64,000 nucleotides of DNA, taken from positions 13,390-77,389 of the forward strand of contig CAYNWW010000004.1 in the NCBI GenBank assembly GCA_964401055.1. The letters run 5' to 3'. The position numbers and the translations under genes are program-made. Source of the stretch: an uncultured Candidatus Saccharibacteria bacterium (lineage in GTDB: Bacteria; Patescibacteriota; JAUYIX01; CAYNWW01). The notes below the pieces were generated by a model. The model had not been told where the DNA came from and did no database searches. It saw nothing but the letters and a program-made list of their open reading frames with translations. This document shows positions 48,449 through 58,536 of this stretch, in pieces. Position 1 is the first letter of the stretch. Each line of letters begins with the position of its first letter.

Positions 48449-49138
48449 ATGATTCTTCCTATTATCCTCATCGGACTTCTGCCAGGCCTTTTTTGGCTAT
48501 GGTTTTTTTGGTTGAAAGACCGCGAACATCCCGAGCCGCTCAAACTGCTCGCAGCGGTGTTTTTGCTTGGTGCATCAGTCGCGGTTCCGGCCGCGCTGAT
48601 TGAGCTCGGTGCTGACGCCATGTTTCATTTTTCCGATTCGACGCAGACCGGCGGGATTTTGCTCGGCATGCTTTTGGTCGTCGCGCCGGTGGAGGAGTAT
48701 CTCAAATACAAAGTCGTCAAAAAATTTGTGTATGACAAGCGACGGTTTGATGAAGAATTTGACGGGATGATTTATTTGATCGTGGCTGCGCTCGGGTTTG
48801 CCTCATTTGAAAATGTGCTGGCGGTGTTCTCAAGCGGATTTGATACGTTGGCGCTGCGATTTCTTACTGCGACGCTGTTGCATGCGCTTACTGCAGGCGT
48901 GTGTGGATATTTTTTGGGGCTGGCGTATTTTTCCCGTTCGCGTGGACGTCAAAAATCGCTGATCGCGCATGGATTGATCGCGGCGATCGTGATTCACGGT
49001 GTGTACAATTTTATTCTCGCGACTGAAACCGGCCTGACCGTGTGGCTGATTCCGTTTGTGCTGCTGCTGATTTTTGTCATGGTGCGCGAAGGCGTTATAT
49101 TAATAAAACAAGGTGATCGGCGTGAAAAACGTGAGTAA
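48449..49138 (+). CDS. PrsW-family intramembrane metalloprotease
   Basis: 'KDREHPEP', 'APVEEYLK', 'ALGFASFEN', 'LLHA', 'IHGVYN'. Confidence 0.9.
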   Translation: MILPIILIGLLPGLFWLWFFWLKDREHPEPLKLLAAVFLLGASVAVPAALIELGADAMFHFSDSTQTGGILLGMLLVVAPVEEYLKYKVVKKFVYDKRRFDEEFDGMIYLIVAALGFASFENVLAVFSSGFDTLALRFLTATLLHALTAGVCGYFLGLAYFSRSRGRQKSLIAHGLIAAIVIHGVYNFILATETGLTVWLIPFVLLLIFVMVREGVILIKQGDRREKRE

Positions 49139-49183
49139 CCTGTGGAAAAACTCGCGCGTGGCGCGATTGGCAGAATGCGCAAA

Positions 49184-49204
49184 ATTGCATATACTATATG
49201 CAAT
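49184..49204. promoter_or_regulatory. Perfect palindromic operator overlapping the hsp20 -10 box
   Basis: ATTGCATATA-c-TATATGCAAT covers TATACT (49190-49195); TTGGCA lies 17 nt upstream. Confidence 0.65.
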
Positions 49205-49243
49205 CGCTGTATTTATTTAGAAAAATAAAACTAACCTACGACT

Positions 49244-49828
49244 ATGGGTTTATTCACACGCAACAAGCGCCAAAGTGCTATTGATGAAATGGAGCAAGAT
49301 TTGATCGCGACTGAAGAAGTTGCAGATTTTCAAATCGAAACACAGATGCAAGAGCCGACGATGCCATCGATGAATTTTCAAGAAATCGCGCCTGAGCCAG
49401 CGGTAGCTGCTGCGCCTCAAGTTTCGCAAGCACAAGAAGTGCACACCAGCACGGACTCAAAAGAGTCACAAAATTGGCTCACGGATTACGAAGGCGAAGG
49501 GCAGCTCACCATCGATGTCTATCAGACTGACGATGATATTGTGATCAAGTCGACGATTGCCGGCGTTTCTCCCGAAGATCTCGATGTGTCGATCAATGCT
49601 GATATGCTGACGATCCGCGGCACCCGCAAAAAGGGCGAAATTATCCCAGAAGAAAATTATTTCTACCAAGAATGCTACTGGGGTACCTTCTCTCGCTCGA
49701 TTATTCTTCCGACTGAAGTGCGCGCAGAGAAAATTGATGCATCATTGAAGGACGGCATCCTCACTGTGACCTTGCCAAAGGCGCAAAAAGACAAGACGCG
49801 CAAAATTTTGGTGAAGTCAGCGAAGTAG
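49244..49828 (+). CDS. Hsp20/alpha-crystallin small heat shock protein
   Basis: 'IDVYQTDDDIVI...AGV.PEDLDV...ECYWGTFSRSIILP...A.LKDGILTVTLPK'. Confidence 0.95.
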   Translation: MGLFTRNKRQSAIDEMEQDLIATEEVADFQIETQMQEPTMPSMNFQEIAPEPAVAAAPQVSQAQEVHTSTDSKESQNWLTDYEGEGQLTIDVYQTDDDIVIKSTIAGVSPEDLDVSINADMLTIRGTRKKGEIIPEENYFYQECYWGTFSRSIILPTEVRAEKIDASLKDGILTVTLPKAQKDKTRKILVKSAK

Positions 49829-49846
49829 ATTTCCTCGCAACCATAG

Positions 49847-49880
49847 AAAATGACTCTCGCGAAATGTGAGAGTCATTTTT
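49847..49880 (+). terminator. Terminator after hsp20
   Basis: AAAATGACTCTCGC/GTGAGAGTCATTTTT stem. Confidence 0.75.
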
Positions 49881-49936
49881 GATGTGATATACTACAGAGC
49901 AAGTTGTATATTGTGAAAAAAATAGTATACTGCAAG

Positions 49937-49963
49937 TTAGCACTCGATATTATTGAGTGCTAA
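49937..49963. promoter_or_regulatory. CIRCE element (HrcA operator)
   Basis: Exact TTAGCACTC-N9-GAGTGCTAA between TATACT (49926-49931) and the clpC SD. Confidence 0.95.
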
Positions 49964-49993
49964 CGAAGAAAAAACTAAATACGAGGAGTTTTT

Positions 49994-52771
49994 ATGATTT
50001 GCCAATCTTGTGGTCAGCGTCCGGCATCAGTAAAGATTAAACAAACAATCAATGGTCGCATCAACGAAGTCGGCCTGTGCCACATTTGCGCGGAAGAGCG
50101 TGCGTTTTTTGGGGCGAGTTCTTTGTTTGACGCATTTTTTGGTCGCGGAGCTCTCGGTGGCGCGGCCGGTACTCCGGATGGATTGCAGGGCGGAATGCCC
50201 GGGCAACATCCAGCCGCCGACGGTGGCGCATTTTTCGCGCGCCCAAAACAAGACCACATCAATATCGTTGATTTCTTTTCCGAGCGCGCCAAAAAAGTGG
50301 TATCTGAAAGCGCGAGTGCGGCATCTGCGGTGAAGGCAAAATATATTGATACCGAACACCTGCTACTTGGATTGTTGGAAGAGACCGAAGTCGGGACGAA
50401 AATTTTTGAGCAGCTCGGCGTCAATGTGCCGGAGATGAAAGGCTATATCGAGCAAAATATTCCGCAGGGCGGTAGTGACGATATTCCGGAGCCGGATTTG
50501 TCGGCGCGCGCGAAGCGCGCGCTTGAGCTCGCCTTTCACGAATCGCGTGAAATGGGCCACAAGTATGTCGGCTCTGAGCACATTCTCCTCGGTCTGATCC
50601 GCGAAGGCGAAGGCATGGCTGCACAGATTCTCACCAAATACGGCCTCACCTATCCGCAAGTGCGCGGCGTAGTCATCAACCAAGTGGGCGAGGGCGAACT
50701 CACGAAAAAGCGCAAAACCAATACGCCGACTCTGGACGAATACAGCCAAGACCTCACACAACAAGCGCGCGATGGCAAACTCGATCCGGTGATCGGTCGT
50801 TCGCAAGAAGTGGATCGCGTGATCCAGGTGTTGAGTCGTCGTACAAAAAATAATCCGGTATTGATCGGTGAGCCTGGCGTAGGTAAAACTGCGATCGCCG
50901 AAGGTCTCGCGCAAAAAATCGTCAAAGGTGATGTGCCCGAGACGCTGCGCAACCGTCGCGTGATTTCCCTCGACCTTGGAAGCATGTTGGCTGGCACCAA
51001 ATTCCGCGGCGAATTTGAAAAGCGCTTGAAGAAAATTATGAAAGAAGTGGCGAGCGCCAACCGCGAAGTAGTGTTGTTTTTGGATGAACTCCACACCATC
51101 GTCGGTGCCGGTGCGGCTGAAGGTGCGATCGATGCGTCCAATTTGTTGAAGCCTGCACTCGCCCGCGGCGAACTCCAGGCGATCGGCGCAACCACGCTCA
51201 ACGAATATCGCAAGCACATCGAAAAAGATTCCGCACTCGAGCGCCGCTTCCAGCCCGTCATTGTGGCTGAGCCAAAAGTTGAAGACGCGATCAAAATTCT
51301 TCAGGGTCTCCGCGATCGTTATGAAGCGCATCACAAAGTAAAAATTACCAACGAAGCCATTATCGCATCTGTACATTTGTCAGACCGCTACCTGAAAGAT
51401 CGGTTTTTGCCGGACAAAGCAATCGACCTCATCGACGAAGCCGGTGCCAAAGTGCGCCTGGCAAATTTGAGTATTCCGGAAAAAATTCGTGCGCTTGAAG
51501 ACGAGATCACCAAGATCGACAAAGAGCGTGAAGCCGCAAAACACGCACTCAAGTCCAAGACCAAGGATAAAAAAGTTCGCGAGTTTGATGAGCAGCACGC
51601 GAAGCTGGAAAAAGAACTGCAAGACCTCAATATCGCGTGGCGCAAAGACAAAGGTTCACAAGAGCCGGTCGTGCTTGCGTCCGACATCGAGGAAATTGTT
51701 GCAAAATGGACCGGTATTCCGGTGACGCAGCTTGCGCAAGAAGAAATCACGAAGCTCCTTCAGCTCGAGCAGCGGTTGCATGAGCGGGTAATCGGCCAAG
51801 AAGAAGCGGTCAAAGCTGTGGCCGAAGCTGTCCGCCGCGGTCGTGCCGGCCTCAAAGATCCCAATCGCCCCATCGGTTCGTTTATTTTCCTTGGCCCGAC
51901 CGGCGTGGGCAAAACCGAACTTACGAAGGCACTCGCCGAGCTGCTGTTTGGCGAAGAAGACGCACTTGTCCGCATTGATATGTCCGAATACATGGAACCG
52001 CATTCGATCGCGCGTTTGATCGGTTCGCCGCCGGGCTATGTCGGTCATGAAGAAGCCGGCCAGCTCACGGAAAAAATTCGTCGCAAGCCATACAGCGTGT
52101 TGCTGTTTGATGAAATCGAAAAAGCTCATCCGGACGTGTTCAACTTGTTGCTGCAAATTCTCGACGACGGCCATCTTACTGACGCGCAAGGCCGCAAGAT
52201 AGATTTCAAAAATACGGTTATCATCGCGACGAGCAACATCGGATCGCAGATTATTCAGGACGTGAGCGACAAAAAATTTGGGTTCGCGACAGATGATGAC
52301 GACAAGAAAAAAGAAAAAGCCCCTGAGCACACGCAAAAATTTGTCGACCTCAAAAAAGATCTCATGGTCGAGCTCAAGAAATTTTTCAAACCCGAATTCC
52401 TCAACCGCGTGGACGAGATTATCATCTTCCACTCGCTCGGCAAGAAACATATTTTGCAAATCATCGACATCTTGCTCGACAATGTGCACCAGCTGCTGCA
52501 AGGTCAGCACATCGGCATCAAAGTCACCAAAGCGGTCAAAGAAAAACTGCTCGCCGATGGGTATGATCCGCTCTTTGGCGCGCGCCCGTTGAAACGCGCG
52601 ATCCAGCGCATGATCGAAAACCCGTTGTCATCGCTTTTGCTCGAAGGTAAATTCAGCGCGGGCGATACGGTGTTAGTAGACGTCGGCGAGGATGGCCAGC
52701 TCAAGTTTGAAAAAGGTGCGCCGCAGAAGAAGCTGAGCGTGGAGATCCCCGCTGAAAAATTAGAAGCGTAA
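49994..52771 (+). CDS. clpC: ClpC-type Hsp100 ATPase with an N-terminal C4 zinc finger
   Basis: 'CQSC...CHIC', Clp_N repeats, two Walker A motifs ('GEPGVGKT', 'GPTGVGKT'), and a ClpP-docking-like 'FGF' loop. Confidence 0.93.
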   Translation: MICQSCGQRPASVKIKQTINGRINEVGLCHICAEERAFFGASSLFDAFFGRGALGGAAGTPDGLQGGMPGQHPAADGGAFFARPKQDHINIVDFFSERAKKVVSESASAASAVKAKYIDTEHLLLGLLEETEVGTKIFEQLGVNVPEMKGYIEQNIPQGGSDDIPEPDLSARAKRALELAFHESREMGHKYVGSEHILLGLIREGEGMAAQILTKYGLTYPQVRGVVINQVGEGELTKKRKTNTPTLDEYSQDLTQQARDGKLDPVIGRSQEVDRVIQVLSRRTKNNPVLIGEPGVGKTAIAEGLAQKIVKGDVPETLRNRRVISLDLGSMLAGTKFRGEFEKRLKKIMKEVASANREVVLFLDELHTIVGAGAAEGAIDASNLLKPALARGELQAIGATTLNEYRKHIEKDSALERRFQPVIVAEPKVEDAIKILQGLRDRYEAHHKVKITNEAIIASVHLSDRYLKDRFLPDKAIDLIDEAGAKVRLANLSIPEKIRALEDEITKIDKEREAAKHALKSKTKDKKVREFDEQHAKLEKELQDLNIAWRKDKGSQEPVVLASDIEEIVAKWTGIPVTQLAQEEITKLLQLEQRLHERVIGQEEAVKAVAEAVRRGRAGLKDPNRPIGSFIFLGPTGVGKTELTKALAELLFGEEDALVRIDMSEYMEPHSIARLIGSPPGYVGHEEAGQLTEKIRRKPYSVLLFDEIEKAHPDVFNLLLQILDDGHLTDAQGRKIDFKNTVIIATSNIGSQIIQDVSDKKFGFATDDDDKKKEKAPEHTQKFVDLKKDLMVELKKFFKPEFLNRVDEIIIFHSLGKKHILQIIDILLDNVHQLLQGQHIGIKVTKAVKEKLLADGYDPLFGARPLKRAIQRMIENPLSSLLLEGKFSAGDTVLVDVGEDGQLKFEKGAPQKKLSVEIPAEKLEA

Positions 52772-52789
52772 GGAAGAGATCGTATTATA

Positions 52790-52820
52790 AAAAATCACCC
52801 GCAGCCCGCGGGTGATTTTT
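52790..52820. terminator. Bidirectional terminator after clpC
   Basis: AAAAATCACCCGC/GCGGGTGATTTTT. Confidence 0.85.
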
Positions 52821-52834
52821 GTTCGGAGGGATAA

Positions 52835-53272
52835 TTACCCAAGCACCGCAATCGCCACACCCATCAGGAGCAGCGACACCAACTCATATCCCACACTGAG
52901 CGCGTAGAGCTTGAACGGACGTTTTTCAAACAAGACGGTAGTGATGCTCGTGGTTGCGACAAATCCGAGCCAGAGCCACAAGCCAGATTGCAGGCCGACC
53001 ACGACGGAATTCGCCGCGCCGCTCGTTTGCACGGACGCAATCAAAATATATTTCACGATATGCGCGAGCACGTACGCCATCACGACTGATGCACCTACCG
53101 CGCCGGCGATCGCCCGGCCGGAAGATTTTTGCATGTCTTCAGGCTTCGGGTTGCCGATGAGTTTCATCCACGGTTTCAAAAACAAGATGGGCGAGTACCA
53201 CGCGAAACCGACGCCCATGTGAATAAGCGCAGCCACCACGACGGCAAGGTAGTTGATTGAAATTCCGTTCAT
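52835..53272 (-). CDS. DUF1761-family membrane protein
   Basis: 'INYLAVVVAA...GFAWYSP.LF.K.WM...WLGF...FEKRP.KL..L..GY'. Confidence 0.85.
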   Translation of the reverse strand: MNGISINYLAVVVAALIHMGVGFAWYSPILFLKPWMKLIGNPKPEDMQKSSGRAIAGAVGASVVMAYVLAHIVKYILIASVQTSGAANSVVVGLQSGLWLWLGFVATTSITTVLFEKRPFKLYALSVGYELVSLLLMGVAIAVLG

Positions 53273-53276
53273 GAAT

Positions 53277-53696
53277 CTATTTTAATTCTTGTTTGACTTG
53301 CAACATGCGCGCGACCGCTGCCACCGCTGCGCGTGCGTATGGTTCGACGCGACTTGGGATCTGGCTCGGGAGAATCTCCGGCCCGAGGATGCCGACACCG
53401 GCGGGTTTGCCAAACTGAAGCTGCAAATCAATGATCGAGCGCACCACGCTGTGTGCCATCACCAAACCATGTTTGGTTTCGCCGCGCTCGATGATGCCGA
53501 GCACTGCCGCGCCATCCACGTCTTCGCGTGAGAGTAGCCATTTGAGCGCGAGCGGTTTTTCCATGCTGCCGGGAACTTCGACGATGCGAGTGACCTCGAG
53601 GCCGAGTTCTTGTGCGAGCGCTGATGCGGCGGCTTTCATGAGTTCGCTTTCTTTTTTGTGAAATGTGCCGATGAGGAGAGCGATGCGGGGTTTCAT
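53277..53696 (-). CDS. ribH: 6,7-dimethyl-8-ribityllumazine synthase homologue
   Basis: 'VPGSMEKPLA...DGAAVLGIIERGETKHG...KPAGVGILGP'. Confidence 0.85.
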   Translation of the reverse strand: MKPRIALLIGTFHKKESELMKAAASALAQELGLEVTRIVEVPGSMEKPLALKWLLSREDVDGAAVLGIIERGETKHGLVMAHSVVRSIIDLQLQFGKPAGVGILGPEILPSQIPSRVEPYARAAVAAVARMLQVKQELK

Positions 53697-53767
53697 AGCA
53701 GTGAATTACATAATAAATCTACCATCCATTATGATACGGATCGGGGCGGGTGTCCATTTTTCCAAAA

Positions 53768-53798
53768 GAAAAAGCCTCGCGCGCGAGGCGGAGGCTTT
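53768..53798 (-). terminator. Terminator hairpin
   Basis: AAAGCCTC...GAGGCTTT with an A-tract on + (U-tract on -). Confidence 0.6.
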
Positions 53799-53817
53799 GT
53801 GAAAAAGTTGTAGGCTA

Positions 53818-54159
53818 CTAGGCGATTTTCCGTTGCCGAGTATCGATCTGCCCCAGCGAATTGCGGGGGAGATTATTTGTTACGAGCTCGGGCGCGGCTT
53901 GTTCGTGAGTCAACTTGATTTCCTCAAGCGCTTTTTCGACTGTGATGAACAACGCTCCTTCCCCGTAAAACGGTTGCGCGTCTTCTGCGCATATGCACCA
54001 TTTTTTGATGTCTCTATCTTGGATATCTGAGACATCTTTTTCCATGAACTGGGCAATTTGTGCCAACTTTGGCACCAGGAATTCGCCCGCCTGAGCACTC
54101 GTGGACCCTAATCCACACGCCCAACAGGAAAAATTTTCAACTATAGCTGCTTGCGACAC
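53818..54159 (-). CDS. Hypothetical Cys-containing protein
   Basis: GAGGAGGT SD before the GTG at 54159; CWAC and CIC motifs. Confidence 0.6.
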   Translation of the reverse strand: MSQAAIVENFSCWACGLGSTSAQAGEFLVPKLAQIAQFMEKDVSDIQDRDIKKWCICAEDAQPFYGEGALFITVEKALEEIKLTHEQAAPELVTNNLPRNSLGQIDTRQRKIA

Positions 54160-54243
54160 GTCACCAACCTCCTCAGGAGATGTTTTTGTTTTCCCATTCA
54201 CCGTGAAGGGGAAAACTCATAATAAACTAAAATCGCCGTGAGG

Positions 54244-55260
54244 TCAAATGAATTCTTCCATCAATTTTTTCACCGACACATTGGAAATGTCGTGGTGGGC
54301 AATGGGCTGCTGCTTGTCGGCAAATACCTCGTCTTCATAGGTCGAGCGCTGCTCTTGGTAAAAAATGCCGATGGGCAAACGGTCAGTCTCGAGCGATCGC
54401 GCAAACGCGGCCGCGCGGTTGGTCGGGTCGTAGGACGTGTCGGTTGAAAGTTGGTACACGTGTTCGCGATACCACTGATAGGTGTTGATTTTGTTAAATG
54501 TAATGCATGGCTGGAACACGTCCACGATCGCGAATCCTTTGTGTTGGAGCGCTTGCTTGTAGATTTCGCGCGTGGCCGGGATGTCGCCGGAAAAGGTGCG
54601 CGCGATAAATGTCGCGCCACTGGCGAGTGCGAGCGGGATGGGGTTGACCGGCTCATCGATCGCGCCAAACGGGGTGGATTTGCTTTTGAATCCGCGCGCG
54701 CTGGTGGGTGAGGTCTGGCCGGTGGTCAGGCCGTAGATTTGGTTGTTGTGAATGATGGTCGTGATGTTGAAATTGCGGCGCATGGCGTGCACGAGGTGCG
54801 AAAGCCCGAGCCCGTACATATCGCCGTCGCCGCCCATGGCGATCAGCTTGATCTCCGGATTTGCGAGATGCGCGCCTTCCGCGACCGGCAGTGCGCGGCC
54901 GTGCAAGCCGTGGAATTCGTATGCTTTGATAAAATTTGCCCCGTTGCCTGCACAGCCGATGCCATGCACAATAAACGTCTGTTCGGGGTCGAGCTTGAGT
55001 TCGGCAGCCGCATGTTTGAACGCCGTCCACATGGAAAAATTGCCGCAGCCCGGGCACCAGGTCGGAAATGCCGCGGTCTGAAATGCATCCGCTTTTTTAT
55101 AATCACCACCGGCAGCCGGAGCAGCGGCTGGTTTTGGCACGGGCGTCGGTGTAGGCGCAGACGCGACAACAGGCAGCGCCGGTTGCGCAACCGGCGCTGC
55201 CTTGGGCTTTGCGCTCTCGTCTGCGTCGTCCGCCGGACGATTAAAAATTCTTTTTGACAT
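54244..55260 (-). CDS. 2-oxoacid:ferredoxin oxidoreductase beta subunit
   Basis: 'WCPGCGN', 'GIGC', 'HGRALP', TPP motif 'GGDGD', 'NNQIYGLTTGQTSPT', 'QPC'. Confidence 0.96.
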   Translation of the reverse strand: MSKRIFNRPADDADESAKPKAAPVAQPALPVVASAPTPTPVPKPAAAPAAGGDYKKADAFQTAAFPTWCPGCGNFSMWTAFKHAAAELKLDPEQTFIVHGIGCAGNGANFIKAYEFHGLHGRALPVAEGAHLANPEIKLIAMGGDGDMYGLGLSHLVHAMRRNFNITTIIHNNQIYGLTTGQTSPTSARGFKSKSTPFGAIDEPVNPIPLALASGATFIARTFSGDIPATREIYKQALQHKGFAIVDVFQPCITFNKINTYQWYREHVYQLSTDTSYDPTNRAAAFARSLETDRLPIGIFYQEQRSTYEDEVFADKQQPIAHHDISNVSVKKLMEEFI

Positions 55261-56998
55261 AGGTAAGAATATCTGATGTGTAGATAGGGCGGCCGGTATT
55301 TTTTAAGATATGATGTTGTGTTTCGATGCCGGTGTGTTGGGTAAAGAGGCCGGCGAATTGACCTTCGGAATTGGTCTCGACAAACACCGTGTGGGCGGGA
55401 TCAAGGTGCATGCCACGGTAAAATTTTTCCGGAAACGGCGAGAGGTACATGTTGTGAAAAAATCGCGAAGAGGTGCCTGAGGCGGCGAGTTCGCGCTGAG
55501 CTTCGAGGATGGCGCCTTTGACTGAGCCCCAACCGATGAAGGTGAGCGCGGCGCCCGCGTCGCCGTGCATGACCGGCTCGGGTAATTCATCGCGGATAAA
55601 TTGTGCTTTGCGAAAGCGCTTGTCGGATTGCTCGCGGCGGGTCTGTTCGGATTCTTCAGAAAATCCGTACGCGTCGTGCTCGTCGCTGTTGGCGAGGAAG
55701 AGGCCGCCTTTTTGACCTGGAACTGTCCGAGGAGTCACGCCGGTTTTGGTCAACGCATACCGGCGGTAGCCGCCTTGCTGCATGACGGTGTCTGAAGCCA
55801 AGTATTCGTCGTCGGCAAACGAGTCGCGCGTGACATGCACGGCCGTCTCGTCAAAGAGCGGCATGGCAAAAATAGTTTCGGCAAGGTATTTGTCGGTCAA
55901 AATAATCACCGGGATATGGTAGCGCTCAGCAAGCTGGAGCGCGTGTGCGGCTGCGAAAAAACATTCTTGTGGATCGCCGGGCGCGATGATGACGCGCAAA
56001 AATTCATCTTGAGCGGCATGCAGCGCAAAGCGCAAATCTCCTTGGCCGGTCCAGGTGGGCAAGCCCGTGGCGGGTCCGGGGCGCTGGGCGATCACGACGA
56101 CGATCGGAGTTTCGGTGATGGCGGCGAGGCCGAGGGACTCGACCATGAGCGAAAATCCGCCTCCTGATGTGCCGACCATGCTGCGCGCGCCCATGTGGGA
56201 GCCGCCGATGGCCATGTTGATGGCCGCGATTTCGTCTTCGGTTTGTTTGACTACGATGTTGTAGTCGTGTTCTTTTGCGGCGAGGTAATGCAAAATGCTT
56301 GTTGAGGGCGACATCGGATAGGCGCAGTACAGCTTCAGTCCGCCACGCAAAGCGCCCATGGCGAGCGCTTCGTTGCCGCTGATGGCCATGCGCGGGCCGA
56401 CGTAGCGAGGCGTGCCGTGAAAGCCGGACGACACGCCGGATTTTTTGACGAAATCAAAGCCCGCTTGCGCCGCGCGCGTGTTGAGCTCGATGATGTCGGC
56501 ACCTTTTTTGCCAAATTGTTCGGCGAGCAATGCGATGAGTGGCGCGAGGTCGAGATTGAGTAAGGCAAGTGTGGCGCCGAGTGAAACCACGTTGCGGAGC
56601 ACCGGATCGCCGCCGATTTCTTTGACGATTGCGCTGAGTGGTACATCAAGAAACTGGCAGCCGGCGTAGTCAGCGGCGAAATCTGCAATTGCAATTTTTC
56701 CGCCTTGCGAATCAAATAGCGCGATGCCGCCAGCGTTCATCAGCCCGCGATTGTGCTCGAGGGTGTCTTTGTTGAGCGCGACCAGGATGTCGATCGCGGG
56801 GTCGTAGCAGGAAATCTCTTGTTCGTGCACGCGCAGGGTAAAATTGTTGTGGCCGCCGCGGATGAGCGAGGGGTATTCGGAGTCTGCGACCAAATAAAAA
56901 CCCGCACGCGTAAACAGCTTGCTCACAAGCATCCCCGTCACTTTGATACCCATCCCGGCCTCGCCGCCGATGCGCCAGGTGAAGTTGGTGGTTACCAT
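55241..56998 (-). CDS. 2-oxoacid:ferredoxin oxidoreductase alpha subunit (gamma-alpha fusion)
   Basis: 'GGEAGMG', 'SLIRGGHN', 'GNEA', 'YPMSPST', 'QTEDEIAA', 'QRPGPATGLPT'. Confidence 0.96.
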   Translation of the reverse strand: MVTTNFTWRIGGEAGMGIKVTGMLVSKLFTRAGFYLVADSEYPSLIRGGHNNFTLRVHEQEISCYDPAIDILVALNKDTLEHNRGLMNAGGIALFDSQGGKIAIADFAADYAGCQFLDVPLSAIVKEIGGDPVLRNVVSLGATLALLNLDLAPLIALLAEQFGKKGADIIELNTRAAQAGFDFVKKSGVSSGFHGTPRYVGPRMAISGNEALAMGALRGGLKLYCAYPMSPSTSILHYLAAKEHDYNIVVKQTEDEIAAINMAIGGSHMGARSMVGTSGGGFSLMVESLGLAAITETPIVVVIAQRPGPATGLPTWTGQGDLRFALHAAQDEFLRVIIAPGDPQECFFAAAHALQLAERYHIPVIILTDKYLAETIFAMPLFDETAVHVTRDSFADDEYLASDTVMQQGGYRRYALTKTGVTPRTVPGQKGGLFLANSDEHDAYGFSEESEQTRREQSDKRFRKAQFIRDELPEPVMHGDAGAALTFIGWGSVKGAILEAQRELAASGTSSRFFHNMYLSPFPEKFYRGMHLDPAHTVFVETNSEGQFAGLFTQHTGIETQHHILKNTGRPIYTSDILTYVKKNF

Positions 56999-57022
56999 AA
57001 AAATTTCGCTACTGCGAACGGT

Positions 57023-57415
57023 TTATTTTTGCAACACGTCTTTTACTTTGTCTGCCACTTCTTGTGGGGTGAAATGTGCTTTGATTAAATAATCATTAGC
57101 ACCGAGTTCCATGCCGCGTTTGACGTCATTTTCTTGGCCAAGATTGGTGAGCAAGATCACTGGAACTTTGGCGAGGCGAGGATCTTCTTTCATTTTTTTC
57201 AATACTCCAAAGCCATCCATGTTGGGCATGATGATATCGAGAAGTGCGATATCAGGAACTGTTTTTTCTAAAATTTCAACTGCTTTCACGCCATCTTCGG
57301 CATGAACAACTTCAAAACCTTCCATTCCAAATTTGGTTTGATACATTTTGGCGAGTGTGACCTCGTCTTCTGCCAAGAGAATAAGCGGTTTTTTGTCCAT
57401 TTGCGTATCCGGCAT
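57023..57415 (-). CDS. Single-domain response regulator
   Basis: 'ILLAEDE...LLDIIMPNMDG...LLTN...YLIK'. Confidence 0.93.
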   Translation of the reverse strand: MPDTQMDKKPLILLAEDEVTLAKMYQTKFGMEGFEVVHAEDGVKAVEILEKTVPDIALLDIIMPNMDGFGVLKKMKEDPRLAKVPVILLTNLGQENDVKRGMELGANDYLIKAHFTPQEVADKVKDVLQK

Positions 57416-57497
57416 TGATTTTTGTTAATCGTGAAGATTTGTGCTTAGTATAAACCATGTTGTTGCCGCGCGCAAACTCACGTGATATTATGCTTGT

Positions 57498-57764
57498 ATG
57501 AATGAACAACAGCTGCCGGTATCCACGGGTCCTGCGCCCGCGGGATCTCCGGTAAAAAAAATACACGTTGATCGAGAATTGTGCATTGGGGCATCGTCGT
57601 GCGTCGCAGTGGCGCCGGGCGTGTTTCAGCTGGACGCTGAAGGCAAAGCGTACGTAGTCGCGATCGAAGGCGCCGACGACGAAACAATTCGCTTATCCGC
57701 CGAGTCCTGCCCGACAAAAGCGATTTTTCTCTACGACAAAGACGATAAACAAATTTTTCCGTGA
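57498..57764 (+). CDS. Single-cluster ferredoxin, probably [3Fe-4S]
   Basis: 'CIGASSC...CPTKAI', with Ala at the second Cys position. Confidence 0.9.
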   Translation: MNEQQLPVSTGPAPAGSPVKKIHVDRELCIGASSCVAVAPGVFQLDAEGKAYVVAIEGADDETIRLSAESCPTKAIFLYDKDDKQIFP

Positions 57765-57766
57765 TA

Positions 57767-58513
57767 TTAGCCGATCTCAACCGTGGCTAAAATAGGTAGG
57801 TGGTCGGAAAAAAGCGTACGATTTGTTGAGACGTGTGCGTGGATGCGAATATCTTTGGAATGAAAGAGGTGATCCAGGGATTTTTTTGGTTTCCAGGCAG
57901 GATAGGTGAAGTGTGCGGTGTGCAGCTGAAACAAGCCGGCTTCACCGAGTGCGGTGAATTCGTGTGCGGAGTCTGTATTAAAATCTCCAGCGAGAATCAG
58001 TGGTTCTTGTGCTGCGCGCGCGGTGGTGATGGCGCGAATTGCTGCAAGCTGTTTTGAGCGGTTGCGCGCGCTGAGGCTCAAATGGGTGGCGAACAAATTG
58101 ATATGCTGGACGCCCACCTGTAGTCGCGCGCTTGATAAGAATCGCGCTTCGCCTGAGCCGGGGAGTTGTTCGTGTGAGGTGTTGCTTAGCGGATAGCGAG
58201 AGAGGATTGCGTTCCCTTGATTGGAGCCACGGGCTTGGGAAGTGGGAAAAAAGACTGCATAAGAAAGCCCGCTTTCTTGACTGAGGATGCTGAGTTGGCT
58301 TTGCAACCTGGTGCGAAAAGATCCGCCGTCTATTTCATTGAGTACAATCGCGTCGACTTGCTGTGAGCGAATAAATTGGCCGATGCGCGCAAGTATGTCG
58401 TCGTGTGCATGTGGTAAGAAATACCTCCAGCCGCGAATAAGGTATTCCCAATATCCGCGCGTTACTTCTGCGCCGGCTTGAATGTTGAACGTAGCGACGG
58501 TGAGAGATTGCAT
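57767..58513 (-). CDS. Endonuclease/exonuclease/phosphatase (EEP) family protein
   Basis: 'TFNI', 'LNEID', 'GNAILSRYP', 'THL', 'AGDFN', 'LDH', 'SDHLP'. Confidence 0.92.
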   Translation of the reverse strand: MQSLTVATFNIQAGAEVTRGYWEYLIRGWRYFLPHAHDDILARIGQFIRSQQVDAIVLNEIDGGSFRTRLQSQLSILSQESGLSYAVFFPTSQARGSNQGNAILSRYPLSNTSHEQLPGSGEARFLSSARLQVGVQHINLFATHLSLSARNRSKQLAAIRAITTARAAQEPLILAGDFNTDSAHEFTALGEAGLFQLHTAHFTYPAWKPKKSLDHLFHSKDIRIHAHVSTNRTLFSDHLPILATVEIG

Positions 58514-58536
58514 GAATCGTATAGTCGTGTAGTGGG

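Noticed and set aside
49141-49149. Isolated DnaA box TGTGGAAAA upstream of hsp20
   Set aside because: A single degenerate-consensus match is expected by chance.
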